DNA of 64,000 bases from Burkholderiaceae bacterium (GTDB taxonomy: Bacteria > Pseudomonadota > Gammaproteobacteria > Burkholderiales > Burkholderiaceae_C), in NCBI GenBank assembly GCA_035499355.1, contig DATJYZ010000098.1, positions 437 through 64,436 of the forward strand. The letters run 5' to 3'. Within the stretch, counting starts at the first letter, position 1; each line of letters opens with the position of its first letter. This document shows positions 25,642 through 34,396 of this stretch, in pieces. The translations under genes were made by a program, and so were the position numbers. Under the pieces are notes generated by a model that saw only the letters and a program-made list of their open reading frames with translations, did not search any database and was not told the origin of the DNA.

Positions 25642-26838
25642 TTAGCCCGCCGGCACGAGGTAGTTGCCGGCCTCGAAGCGCACCGGCGGCGCGTCCGGGT
25701 CCCGATCCACGCCTGCGGGGTCGCGGCCCTCGCGCAGCGCGTCGAGCTGGCGCTGCAGCACCCGGCGCAGCATCGCGATGCCGCGGTCGCTGGTGGCCAG
25801 GTGCTCCTCGGAATGCCAGGCGATCGCGCCCTGGCTCACCTGGGCTTCGTAGTCGCCGGGGAAGTCGCGGTGCTCGGCCTCGGTGAGCTGCTCCCACAGC
25901 TTGCCGTTGAGCCGCGAGCGCATCTTGACCAGGTCACCCTTGGCCTTGACGCGCCCGGCCACGTAAATGCGGAAGTGCGTGTCATCGATCGGCAGCACCC
26001 AGCCGATCGACTCGACGCGCCCGTACTGGCCGACGCGCGGGTTGGGGATCACGCGCAACGTCGGCAGCGCGGCTTCGCTGATTCGCCGCAGCGTCGAGCC
26101 ATCGGGCAGCTTGCGCAGCGACACCGTCTTCACGCCGAGCGGCGCCTCCTCCCACGTGACGTCGGGCATCAGCGACATCGCCTCGACGAACTGCGTGCCG
26201 CTGAAGCTGCCGTGCAGGATGACCACGTGGAACGGATCGACCAGGTTCTCGTAGTGCTGCAGCCAGTTGCACGGGATGATCTTCGGGCCGCCGCCACCGA
26301 TCGAGTTGTCGTCGGCATCGACGAACTCGCCGTCGTCGAGCACCTCGAGTGCCTCGTAGCGCGGCAGCACCGGCTTCTTGCCGGGTGGGCCCAGGTAGGC
26401 CCACACCAGGCCGTACAACTCCTGCACCGGATACCACGGCTGGCGGCGCCGCTCGCGGCTCGGCGCACCGAGGTTCGGCTCGCACGGCTGCTCGAGACAG
26501 CGGCCTTGCACGTCGAACAGCCAGCCGTGATAGCAGCAGCGGATGCCGCGTTCTTCGACCTTGCCGTACACCAGCGAGGCACCGCGATGCGTGCAGTGCG
26601 GGTACACGAGACCGGGGCGCCCTTGCCGGTCGCGGAACAGCACCAGGTCTTCGCCCAGCACGCGCACCAACCGCGGCGTGGCGTCGGCATCGGCGGCGAG
26701 GCCGATCGGGTGCCAGTAGCGCCTCAGCAACTCACCCATCGGTGTGCCCGCGCGCACCTCGGTGAGTTCGGACGCATAGGTCGGCGCCGGCCTCCCATAG
26801 GCGGTGCCGGTGTCGGGTTCGATCGGAATCGATTTCAT
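25642..26838 (-). CDS. Rieske [2Fe-2S] non-haem-iron oxygenase, alpha-subunit type
   Basis: The Rieske motif is CTHRG...CCYHGW, and the mononuclear Fe motif is [13 protein letters not shown]. The start is ATG 26838 (GGAG 10 nt upstream) or GTG 26844. Confidence 0.8.
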   Translation of the reverse strand: MKSIPIEPDTGTAYGRPAPTYASELTEVRAGTPMGELLRRYWHPIGLAADADATPRLVRVLGEDLVLFRDRQGRPGLVYPHCTHRGASLVYGKVEERGIRCCYHGWLFDVQGRCLEQPCEPNLGAPSRERRRQPWYPVQELYGLVWAYLGPPGKKPVLPRYEALEVLDDGEFVDADDNSIGGGGPKIIPCNWLQHYENLVDPFHVVILHGSFSGTQFVEAMSLMPDVTWEEAPLGVKTVSLRKLPDGSTLRRISEAALPTLRVIPNPRVGQYGRVESIGWVLPIDDTHFRIYVAGRVKAKGDLVKMRSRLNGKLWEQLTEAEHRDFPGDYEAQVSQGAIAWHSEEHLATSDRGIAMLRRVLQRQLDALREGRDPAGVDRDPDAPPVRFEAGNYLVPAG

Positions 26839-26845
26839 CGGCACG

Positions 26846-27844
26846 CTACTCCGGCATCACGCCCGCGGCCTTGATCAGCGCGGCCCAGACCGGGAACTCG
26901 GCCTTCAATCCGTTGGCGAACTCGTCAGGGGTACTGCCGAGCGGCTCGAACCCCATGTCGAGCAGCTTGTTGCGTGCCTCCGTCGACTGCGTGATCTCGC
27001 GCAGGGTCGGCACCAGCCTGTCGAGCACCGCCGGCGGCGTGCGAGCGGGCGCGAAGAAGCCCATCCAGCTTTCCAGGCCGAAGCCCTCGAATCCCTGCTC
27101 GGTGAACGTCGGCACGCTCGGGATCGTGCCGACGCGTCGCGAACCGACGATGCCCAGCACCTTGATCTTGCCGGCTTGCAGGTGCGTCCGCGCGGTGGCG
27201 GGGTTGGCCCACGCCGTATCGAGCACGCCGCCGAACATGTCGAGGTGCGCGGCTGCCTCGCCCTTGTAGGGCACGTGCTCGAGCGGGGCGCCGGTCTGGC
27301 GCTTGAACAACTCGCCGAACAGGTGCGCGGCCGAGCCGTTGCCCCAGGTACCGTAGGTGACGCGGCCCTTGGCCTTGGCCCACTCGACAAACTCCCTCAG
27401 GTTGTTCGGCGGCGCACCGGCCGGCACCACGAACATCGGGCCGCCGGTCGCGATCTTGGTCAACGGCTGGAAGTCGCGCACCGGGTCGTAGGGCACCTTC
27501 TGCTGCAGCAGCGGCACCGTGGTGTGCGTCAACGACAAGGTCAGCATCAGCGTGTAGCCGTCGGGCGGCGCCTTGGCGACGAAATCGGCGGCCACGATGC
27601 CGCTGGCGCCGGGCTTCGCATCGACGATCACCGTCTGCCCGAGACGTTGCTTCACGGCCTCACCGTAGACGCGCGCGATGGCGTCGATCGGCCCGCCGGC
27701 AGTGCCGAATGGCACCAGCCGGATCGGCCGGCTCGGGTAGGAATCGTCGGCCACGGCGTCGAGGCCCCAGAGCGCCAACGCGGCGCCGGATGCGTCGCGC
27801 AACAGGCGACGGCGACGGATGTCTGGCGGCTGAGGCAGCGGCAT
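26846..27844 (-). CDS. Bug/TctC-family tripartite tricarboxylate transporter substrate-binding protein
   Basis: A Tat-like signal MPLPQPPDIRRRRLL is present. The family signatures are ...IVDAKPGASG... and PYKGEAAA. Confidence 0.85.
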   Translation of the reverse strand: MPLPQPPDIRRRRLLRDASGAALALWGLDAVADDSYPSRPIRLVPFGTAGGPIDAIARVYGEAVKQRLGQTVIVDAKPGASGIVAADFVAKAPPDGYTLMLTLSLTHTTVPLLQQKVPYDPVRDFQPLTKIATGGPMFVVPAGAPPNNLREFVEWAKAKGRVTYGTWGNGSAAHLFGELFKRQTGAPLEHVPYKGEAAAHLDMFGGVLDTAWANPATARTHLQAGKIKVLGIVGSRRVGTIPSVPTFTEQGFEGFGLESWMGFFAPARTPPAVLDRLVPTLREITQSTEARNKLLDMGFEPLGSTPDEFANGLKAEFPVWAALIKAAGVMPE

Positions 27845-28081
27845 GGCGCAACTCCGAACGCGCGATCGAGCAGGCCCGAGGATACAAGCCGCAGCCACTG
27901 CCCTCGCCACGCCGGCAGGACCCGCACCCGACGGCCCCGGCGACGTCGTGGTGTCTGGCGGCGTGACTTAGTCGGCGCCGCTTACAGTCGGGGCTGCGCC
28001 CGCTCGCCGCAGCGGGTCCGGCCCGCCCGATAGGATGGCCCCCAACCCGACCTTGCAGACGGCGTGCGCCGGCCAACTCTC

Positions 28082-29149
28082 ATGACAGCAACTCTCACGA
28101 CCCCACGGCAACCGCGCTGGATGGCGGCACTGCTCGCCGTGCTGGCCGGCGTCGCCGGGCCCGCCCTCGCGTGGGAACCGAGCGCCCCGGTCGAGCTGGT
28201 GGTGCCTGCCGGCACCGGTGGCGGTGCCGACCAGATGGCGCGCTTCATCCAGTCGATGGTGCAGAAGCACAACCTGATGGCGCAGCCGATCAAGGTGGTC
28301 AACAAGGCGGGCAACTCCGGCGCCGAGGGCTTGCTCGACGTCAAGGCCGCCCAGGGCAACCCGCACAAGCTGATCATCACGCTGTCCAACCTGTTCACGA
28401 CGCCGCTGGCCACCGGCCTGCCGTTCCTCTGGAGCGACATCACACCGGTGCAGATGCTGGCGCTCGACCAGTTCGTGCTGTGGGTCAACGCGAAGTCGCC
28501 GTACCGCAGCGCACAGGACGTGCTCGAAGCGATGCGCACCGCGCCGGCCGGTTCGTTCAAGCTGGGCGGCACCGGCAGCAAGCAGGAGGATCAGCTGCTC
28601 AGCGTGCTGCTCGAGACGGCGGCGGGCGCGCGCATCACCTACGTGCCGCTGAAGGGCGGAGGCGACGTTGCCAGCACGCTCGCTGCCGGCGAGGTCGACC
28701 TGACGGTCAACAACCCGATCGAGGCCGCAAAGCTGTGGCGCGAGGGCAAGGTGAGGCCGCTGTGCGTGTTCGACGGCGCGCGCCTGGCCTACCCGGCCCG
28801 CATCACCCCCGACGCCAGCTGGAGCGACCTGCCCACCTGCATGTCCGCCGGCATCCCGGTGCAGTACCTGATGATGCGGGGCATCTTCATGAGTCCGGGC
28901 GCAACGCCCGACCAGGTGGCGTTCTACATTCAACTGCTCGACCGTGTGCGGGCGCTGCCCGAGTGGAAAGCCTTCATGGACGAGGGTGCGTACAAGCAGA
29001 CCACGATGAGTGGCCAGGCCTTCGTCGACTGGCTCGACCGTGCACAGAGCTTCCATCGCCTGCTGATGCGCGAGGCGAAGCTCATGGCCCCGGCGGCGAG
29101 CACCTTGGCGACCACGGTGCCATCGACCGGCGGCACGGCCAAGAAGTGA
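28082..29149 (+). CDS. Bug/TctC-family substrate-binding protein
   Basis: A signal peptide ends ...[19 protein letters not shown] and VPLKGGGD are family-like. I prefer ATG 28082 over GTG 28064. Confidence 0.8.
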   Translation: MTATLTTPRQPRWMAALLAVLAGVAGPALAWEPSAPVELVVPAGTGGGADQMARFIQSMVQKHNLMAQPIKVVNKAGNSGAEGLLDVKAAQGNPHKLIITLSNLFTTPLATGLPFLWSDITPVQMLALDQFVLWVNAKSPYRSAQDVLEAMRTAPAGSFKLGGTGSKQEDQLLSVLLETAAGARITYVPLKGGGDVASTLAAGEVDLTVNNPIEAAKLWREGKVRPLCVFDGARLAYPARITPDASWSDLPTCMSAGIPVQYLMMRGIFMSPGATPDQVAFYIQLLDRVRALPEWKAFMDEGAYKQTTMSGQAFVDWLDRAQSFHRLLMREAKLMAPAASTLATTVPSTGGTAKK

Positions 29150-29249
29150 CCCGCGGCTAGCCGGCGGTACGTCGGCCGCGGCCTGGCCGCGATATAGGAT
29201 GATTCCGCCTCCGGCCATTCGGGCCGGAGCCATTGCAGGAAGCAAGCGA

Positions 29250-30434
29250 ATGTCCAGCGCCGCCAAGTTCGTTTGGGAAGATCCGTTGCTGCTCGACGAG
29301 CAGCTCAACGCCGATGAGCGCCAGGTGCGCGACGCCGCGCGCGACTACTGCCAGGGGCGCCTGGCGCCGCGCGTGCTCGAGGCGTTCCGCCACGAGAAGA
29401 CCGACGCCGCGATCTTCCGCGAGATGGGATCGCTCGGCCTGCTCGGCCCCACCATTGCCGAGACCTACGGTGGCGCCGGCCTGAACTATGTCTGCTATGG
29501 CCTGGTGGCGCGCGAGGTCGAACGCGTCGACTCGGGCTACCGCTCGATGATGAGCGTGCAGAGCTCGCTGGTGATGGTGCCGATCAACGAGTTCGGCACC
29601 GAGGCGCAGAAGCGCAAGTACCTGCCCCGGCTCGCCAGCGGCGAATGGATCGGCTGCTTCGGCCTCACCGAGCCGAACCACGGCTCCGACCCGGGCAGCA
29701 TGGTCACGCGCGCGCGCAAGGTGTCCGGCGGCTACGCGCTCAGCGGCGCCAAGATGTGGATCACCAACAGCCCGATCGCCGATGTCTTCGTCGTCTGGGC
29801 CAAGGACGACGGCGGCCAGATCCGCGGCTTCATCCTCGACAAAGGCGCCAAGGGCCTGTCGGCACCTGCGGTCCACGGCAAGGTGGGGCTGCGTGCCAGC
29901 GTGACCGGCGAGATCGTGATGGACGAGGTGTTCTGTCCCGAGGAGAACGCGTTCCCCGACGTGCGCGGCCTGAAAGGCCCGTTCACCTGCCTGAACAGCG
30001 CCCGCTATGGCATCGCGTGGGGCGCCTTGGGTGCCGCGGAAGACTGCCTGCACCGGGCGCGCCAGTACGTGCTCGACCGCAAGCAGTTCGGTCGGCCGCT
30101 GGCGGCCAACCAGCTGGTGCAGAAGAAGCTGGCCGACATGCTGAGCGAGATCGCGCTCGGGCTGCAAGGCTGCCTGCGCCTCGGCCGACTCAAGGACGAC
30201 GGCAAGGCCGCGGTCGAGACCACCAGCATCCTCAAGCGCAACAGCTGCGGCAAGGCGCTCGACATCGCCCGCACCGCGCGCGACATGATGGGCGGCAACG
30301 GCATCAGCGACGAGTTCGGCGTCGCCCGCCACCTGGTCAACCTGGAAGTGGTCAACACCTACGAGGGCACGCACGACATCCACGCGCTGATCCTCGGCCG
30401 CGCCATCACCGGCATCCAGGCGTTCACCGCCTGA
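29250..30434 (+). CDS. gcdH: glutaryl-CoA dehydrogenase
   Basis: An acyl-CoA dehydrogenase with [14 protein letters not shown] and the tail ...[18 protein letters not shown], typical of GcdH. Confidence 0.9.
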   Translation: MSSAAKFVWEDPLLLDEQLNADERQVRDAARDYCQGRLAPRVLEAFRHEKTDAAIFREMGSLGLLGPTIAETYGGAGLNYVCYGLVAREVERVDSGYRSMMSVQSSLVMVPINEFGTEAQKRKYLPRLASGEWIGCFGLTEPNHGSDPGSMVTRARKVSGGYALSGAKMWITNSPIADVFVVWAKDDGGQIRGFILDKGAKGLSAPAVHGKVGLRASVTGEIVMDEVFCPEENAFPDVRGLKGPFTCLNSARYGIAWGALGAAEDCLHRARQYVLDRKQFGRPLAANQLVQKKLADMLSEIALGLQGCLRLGRLKDDGKAAVETTSILKRNSCGKALDIARTARDMMGGNGISDEFGVARHLVNLEVVNTYEGTHDIHALILGRAITGIQAFTA

Positions 30435-30441
30435 CGCACCG

Positions 30442-31629
30442 ATGAGCGAGACACCGAGGCCTCTCACGGGGGTGCGCGTGCTCGACTTGAGCCGCGTGCT
30501 CGCGGGCCCCTGGTGTGGCCAGCTGCTGGCCGACTACGGCGCCGACGTGATCAAGGTCGAGCGGCCCGAGAGCGGCGACGACACCCGCGAATGGGGACCG
30601 CCCTGGTGGGGCGATGCCGCCGACCGCATGGCGGCGTACTACCTGAGCGCCAACCGCGGCAAGCGCTCGATCGCGATCGACCTCGCCAGTGCCGACGGTG
30701 CAGCGCTGGTGAGGCGGCTCGCCGTGCACGCCGACGTCCTGCTGGAGAACTACAAGGTCGGCCAGCTCGCCAAGTACGGGCTCGACCATGCGTCGTTGCG
30801 GACGCTGAACCCGCGGCTCATCTATTGCTCGATCACCGGCTACGGGCAGGATGGGCCCTACGCGCTGGCCGCTGGCTACGACTTCGCGATCCAGGCCACC
30901 GGCGGCCTGATGAGCGTCACCGGCGAGAAGGACGGCACCCCTGGCGCCGAGCCGCAGAAGGTCGGCGTCGCGGTGGCCGACCTTTTCACCGGGCTGTACG
31001 CGACCACGGCGATCCTGGCGGCGCTGCAGGAGCGCCACCGCAGCGGCCAGGGCCGCTGGATCGACGCCGCACTGCTCGACACGCAACTGGCGATGCTGGC
31101 CAACCAGGCGAGCAACTACCTGGTCGGGGGCGGCACGCCCAAGCGCATGGGCAATGCGCACGTCAACGTGGTGCCGTACCAGGTGTTCAAGACGCTCGAC
31201 GGGCACATCGTGCTGGCGGTCGGCAACGATGGGCAGTTCCAGCGCTTCTGCAAGCTGGCCGGCCGCGAGGCCATCGGCTCCGATGCGCGCTTCTCGACCA
31301 ACGCGCTGCGCATCCGGCACCGCGACGAGCTCGCTCCGCTGATCGCCGGCTGGATGCGCGAGCGCACCACCGCGCAATGGACCGCGCTGCTCGAGCCGAA
31401 CGCGGTGCCGTGCGCGCCGATCCTCGAGCTGCCCGAGGTCTTCAGGCACCCGCAGGTGATGGCGCGCGGCATGAAGATCGACAATGGCGGCATGCCGATG
31501 GTGGCCGCGCCGATGCGCCTCGACGGCGTGCGCGCGGTGTCGGACCAACCCGCACCCCGCCTCGACGAGCACGGCGAAGCCATTCGCGATGCGCTGGCAC
31601 GCGCCGACGCGTGGCCGTCGGCGCAGTGA
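30442..31629 (+). CDS. CaiB/BaiF family III CoA-transferase (probable glutarate CoA-transferase)
   Basis: LTGVRVLDLSRVLAGPWCGQLLADYGADVIKVE is the family III N-terminus. The gene starts 8 nt after gcdH, an arrangement I recall from Pseudomonas (gcdH-gcoT). Confidence 0.85.
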   Translation: MSETPRPLTGVRVLDLSRVLAGPWCGQLLADYGADVIKVERPESGDDTREWGPPWWGDAADRMAAYYLSANRGKRSIAIDLASADGAALVRRLAVHADVLLENYKVGQLAKYGLDHASLRTLNPRLIYCSITGYGQDGPYALAAGYDFAIQATGGLMSVTGEKDGTPGAEPQKVGVAVADLFTGLYATTAILAALQERHRSGQGRWIDAALLDTQLAMLANQASNYLVGGGTPKRMGNAHVNVVPYQVFKTLDGHIVLAVGNDGQFQRFCKLAGREAIGSDARFSTNALRIRHRDELAPLIAGWMRERTTAQWTALLEPNAVPCAPILELPEVFRHPQVMARGMKIDNGGMPMVAAPMRLDGVRAVSDQPAPRLDEHGEAIRDALARADAWPSAQ

Positions 31630-31650
31630 ATCGCATCAGGAGAGAACGCC

Positions 31651-33129
31651 ATGGACATGAAGACCTCGCCGCTGGCCTCGTTGCAGGATGCCGCTCTGCT
31701 GCGCACCAACGCCTTGATCGACGGCCACTGGGTCGGCGGCAGCAGCCGATTCGCGGTCAACGACCCGGCCACAGGCCTCAAGCTCGCCGACGTCGCCAAC
31801 CTCGGCGCGAAAGAGACCGCGCAGGCGATCGCCGCCGCCGATGCCGCCTGGGGTTCATGGCGCGCGATGACCGCCAAGCAGCGCCACGCCATCCTGATGA
31901 AATGGTTCGCGCTGCTCAACCAGCATGCCGACGACCTGGCGCGCATCATGACCGCCGAGCAGGGCAAGCCGCTGGCCGAGGCGCGCGGCGAGGTGGTCTA
32001 CGGCGCCAGCTTCATCGAATGGTTCGCCGAGGAAGGCAAGCGGGTCTACGGCGAAACGATCCCGACCACCGACCCGAGCAAGCGCACGGTCGTCATCAAG
32101 CAGCCGATCGGCGTCTGCGCGGCCATCACGCCGTGGAACTTTCCGATCGCGATGATCACGCGCAAGGTGGCGCCGGCGCTGGCCGCCGGCTGCCCGGTGG
32201 TGATCAAGCCGGCGGAGGCCACGCCGCTGTCGGCGCTGGCCTGTGCCGAGCTGGCGCAGCGCGCCGGCATGCCCGCCGGCGTGCTGAACGTCGTCACCGC
32301 GGATGCCGGCCGGTCGATCGACGTCGGCAAGGCGCTGTGCGCGTCCGACACGGTGCGCCACCTGTCGTTCACCGGCTCCACCGAGGTCGGCCGCATCCTG
32401 ATGGCGCAATGCGCACCGACGATCAAGAAGCTGTCGCTCGAACTCGGCGGCAACGCGCCATTCATCGTGTTCGACGACGCCGACGTCGACTCGGCGGTCG
32501 ACGGCGCGATGGTCAGCAAGTACCGCAACGCCGGCCAGACTTGCGTGTGCGCGAACCGCCTCTACGTGCAGGACGGCGTCTACGACGCCTTCGTGCGCAA
32601 GCTGGCCGAGAAGTCCCGGACCATCAAGGTCGGCAACGGCTTCGAGCCCGGCATCAACCAGGGCCCGCTGATCGACGCCCAGGCGATGGCCAAGGTCGAA
32701 GCGCATGTCGCCGACGCACTGGCCAAGGGGGCCAAGGTGCTGGCTGGCGGTGAACGCATCGGCGATCGCTTCTACACGCCCACCGTGCTGTCCGACGCCA
32801 CCTCCGACATGCTGTGCGCGCGCGAGGAGACGTTCGGGCCGGTGGCGCCGGTGTTCCGCTTCAAGACCGAGGCGGAGGCCATCGCGCTGGCGAACGCCAC
32901 CGAGTTCGGGCTTGCCAGTTACTTCTACAGCCGCGACGTCGGCCGCATCTTCCGCGTCGCCGAAGCACTCGAGTACGGCATGGTCGGCATCAACACCGGC
33001 TTGATCTCGGTGGCCGAGGTGCCGTTCGGTGGCGTCAAGCAATCAGGCCTCGGCCGCGAGGGCTCGCACCACGGCATCGACGAGTACGTCGAGGTCAAGT
33101 ACCTCTGCCTGGGCGACCTGAACAAATAG
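31651..33129 (+). CDS. gabD: NAD(P)-dependent succinate-/glutarate-semialdehyde dehydrogenase
   Basis: 492 aa. The aldehyde dehydrogenase motifs ITPWNFP, ELGGNAP and the catalytic-Cys region GQTCVCANR are present. The RBS is AGGAGAG. Confidence 0.88.
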   Translation: MDMKTSPLASLQDAALLRTNALIDGHWVGGSSRFAVNDPATGLKLADVANLGAKETAQAIAAADAAWGSWRAMTAKQRHAILMKWFALLNQHADDLARIMTAEQGKPLAEARGEVVYGASFIEWFAEEGKRVYGETIPTTDPSKRTVVIKQPIGVCAAITPWNFPIAMITRKVAPALAAGCPVVIKPAEATPLSALACAELAQRAGMPAGVLNVVTADAGRSIDVGKALCASDTVRHLSFTGSTEVGRILMAQCAPTIKKLSLELGGNAPFIVFDDADVDSAVDGAMVSKYRNAGQTCVCANRLYVQDGVYDAFVRKLAEKSRTIKVGNGFEPGINQGPLIDAQAMAKVEAHVADALAKGAKVLAGGERIGDRFYTPTVLSDATSDMLCAREETFGPVAPVFRFKTEAEAIALANATEFGLASYFYSRDVGRIFRVAEALEYGMVGINTGLISVAEVPFGGVKQSGLGREGSHHGIDEYVEVKYLCLGDLNK

Positions 33130-33138
33130 CCGTGCCGC

Positions 33139-33159
33139 CGCCGCGCGCGAGGCGCGGCG
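33139..33159. terminator. GC-rich hairpin between convergent gabD and the GGDEF gene
   Basis: CGCCGCGC-gcgag-GCGCGGCG forms an 8-bp stem. There is no U-tract, so terminator function is uncertain. Confidence 0.3.
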
Positions 33160-34083
33160 TCAGGGCTGCGTGGGCAGCTCGTCGTTGGCGGCGTCGCCGC
33201 GGTCGATGCGACTGGTGAACCGCGCCCGGCCTTGCGGCTGGCTCTGCGAGGCCTGGCTCGCGGCCAGGCGCAGCAGCGTGTCGGCGTCGCGGCCGTCGCC
33301 GGGGTAACGCGCAACACCAGCGCCGATGGCCACCTGCAGGTCCTGACCCGCCACGTTGAGCGGCCGCTGCAGGCTCTGCGCCAGCTTGGCCGCGACCCGT
33401 TCGCCATCGGCCGCGTCGTCGATCCAGGCCAGCAGCACCGCGAAGCGGTCGGCGCCGATCGCCGCCACCACGTCGCTGGCGCGCAACCCCGAACGCAGGC
33501 GCACGGCGATCTTGCGGCGCAGGACGTTGGCGGCCTCGCTGCCGAGCCTGGCCTCGGCGGTGGCGAGCCCCTCGACGCGCAGCGCCAGCAGCGCCATCGG
33601 CGCCGGCTCGCGCTCGCGCAGCGCCAGCAGGTGCGTCATGTGCTCCATCAGCTGGGCATGGTTCGGCAACCCGGTGCCGAGGTCGGTGGCGTAGGCACGA
33701 CGCGCCGCCGTGTCGAGCCACTTGCGCTCGGCGCCTTGCCGCAGCGCCAGGGCCAGGCGGTCGGGATGCGCGTCGCGCGACGGCACCACCTCCTGCACGC
33801 CCAGGCGCAGCAGGCGCGCCAGCTCGGCGGCCGTCGGCTCGGGCGTCACCACCACCAGCGCCATGTCGAGCGCCGCGTGCGACAGCGCGCTCCAGTGCTC
33901 GAGCGTCTGCAGCTCGCCGGGTGTGGCCACCTGCAGCAGCAGCGCGTCGAAGTGGCTCGACTCGAGCTGCCCGGCGGCGTCCTCCAGACTCCCGCACGCC
34001 TGCACGATGAACGGCCCGAACGCCGACGTCGTCAGGTCGGGCGGCGACGCACCCTGGAACAGCACTTGGATCGGTGCACTCAT
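33160..34083 (-). CDS. pseudo-receiver + degenerate GGDEF domain protein
   Basis: From MSAPIQVLF. The REC-like N-terminus has Q where the phospho-Asp is expected (DALLLQVATPG). The GGDEF site reads GADRF and is preceded by RASD at the I-site position. Confidence 0.72.
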   Translation of the reverse strand: MSAPIQVLFQGASPPDLTTSAFGPFIVQACGSLEDAAGQLESSHFDALLLQVATPGELQTLEHWSALSHAALDMALVVVTPEPTAAELARLLRLGVQEVVPSRDAHPDRLALALRQGAERKWLDTAARRAYATDLGTGLPNHAQLMEHMTHLLALREREPAPMALLALRVEGLATAEARLGSEAANVLRRKIAVRLRSGLRASDVVAAIGADRFAVLLAWIDDAADGERVAAKLAQSLQRPLNVAGQDLQVAIGAGVARYPGDGRDADTLLRLAASQASQSQPQGRARFTSRIDRGDAANDELPTQP

Positions 34084-34190
34084 CGGTCGATGAGCGTGCG
34101 GCAAGCCGTGCGACGCTGTCAGCCTCGGAAACACCGACCGTCAGCGCCGCGCAACGCACGGCCCGGGGCCTCAGGGCATCAGGCGCGTCG

Positions 34191-34264
34191 TGGAGCGGGT
34201 GAAGGGAATCGAACCCTCGTATGAAGCTTGGGAAGCTGCCGTTCTGCCATTGAACTACACCCGC
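34191..34264 (-). tRNA. tRNA-Gly (anticodon CCC)
   Basis: The reverse complement GCGGGTGTAGTTCAATGGCAGAACGGCAGCTTCCCAAGCTTCATACGAGGGTTCGATTCCCTTCACCCGCTCCA folds as a cloverleaf. The acceptor stem is a perfect 7 bp and the loop is TTCCCAA. It is very close to E. coli tRNA-Gly(CCC) as I remember it. Confidence 0.9.
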
Positions 34265-34396
34265 GCGGCGAGCAGTCTACGTCAACCGCCAGGCCCGTCG
34301 GCCCTGGGCCGCCCGGCCGAGCCATCGCGGGCTAGCCCTCTCGATGGCGCCCGCCGATGGTGACAAAGTGGCGCACCCCAGGCGCGCCCCCCGCCC

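Noticed and set aside
21428-25645. A 1405-aa plus-strand ORF spanning coaBC-upstream through alaS.
   Set aside because: It is antisense to well-supported genes (yecA-like, tlpA-like, alaS). Its translation is Arg/Ala/Gly/His-rich low complexity with no motifs. This is a typical shadow ORF of a roughly 70% GC genome.
34084-34396. A possible genomic island or integration site at tRNA-Gly (and likewise at tRNA-Val, 56767..56843).
   Set aside because: There is no integrase, no direct repeat of the tRNA 3' end, and no compositional shift. Flanking genes are ordinary chromosomal genes.
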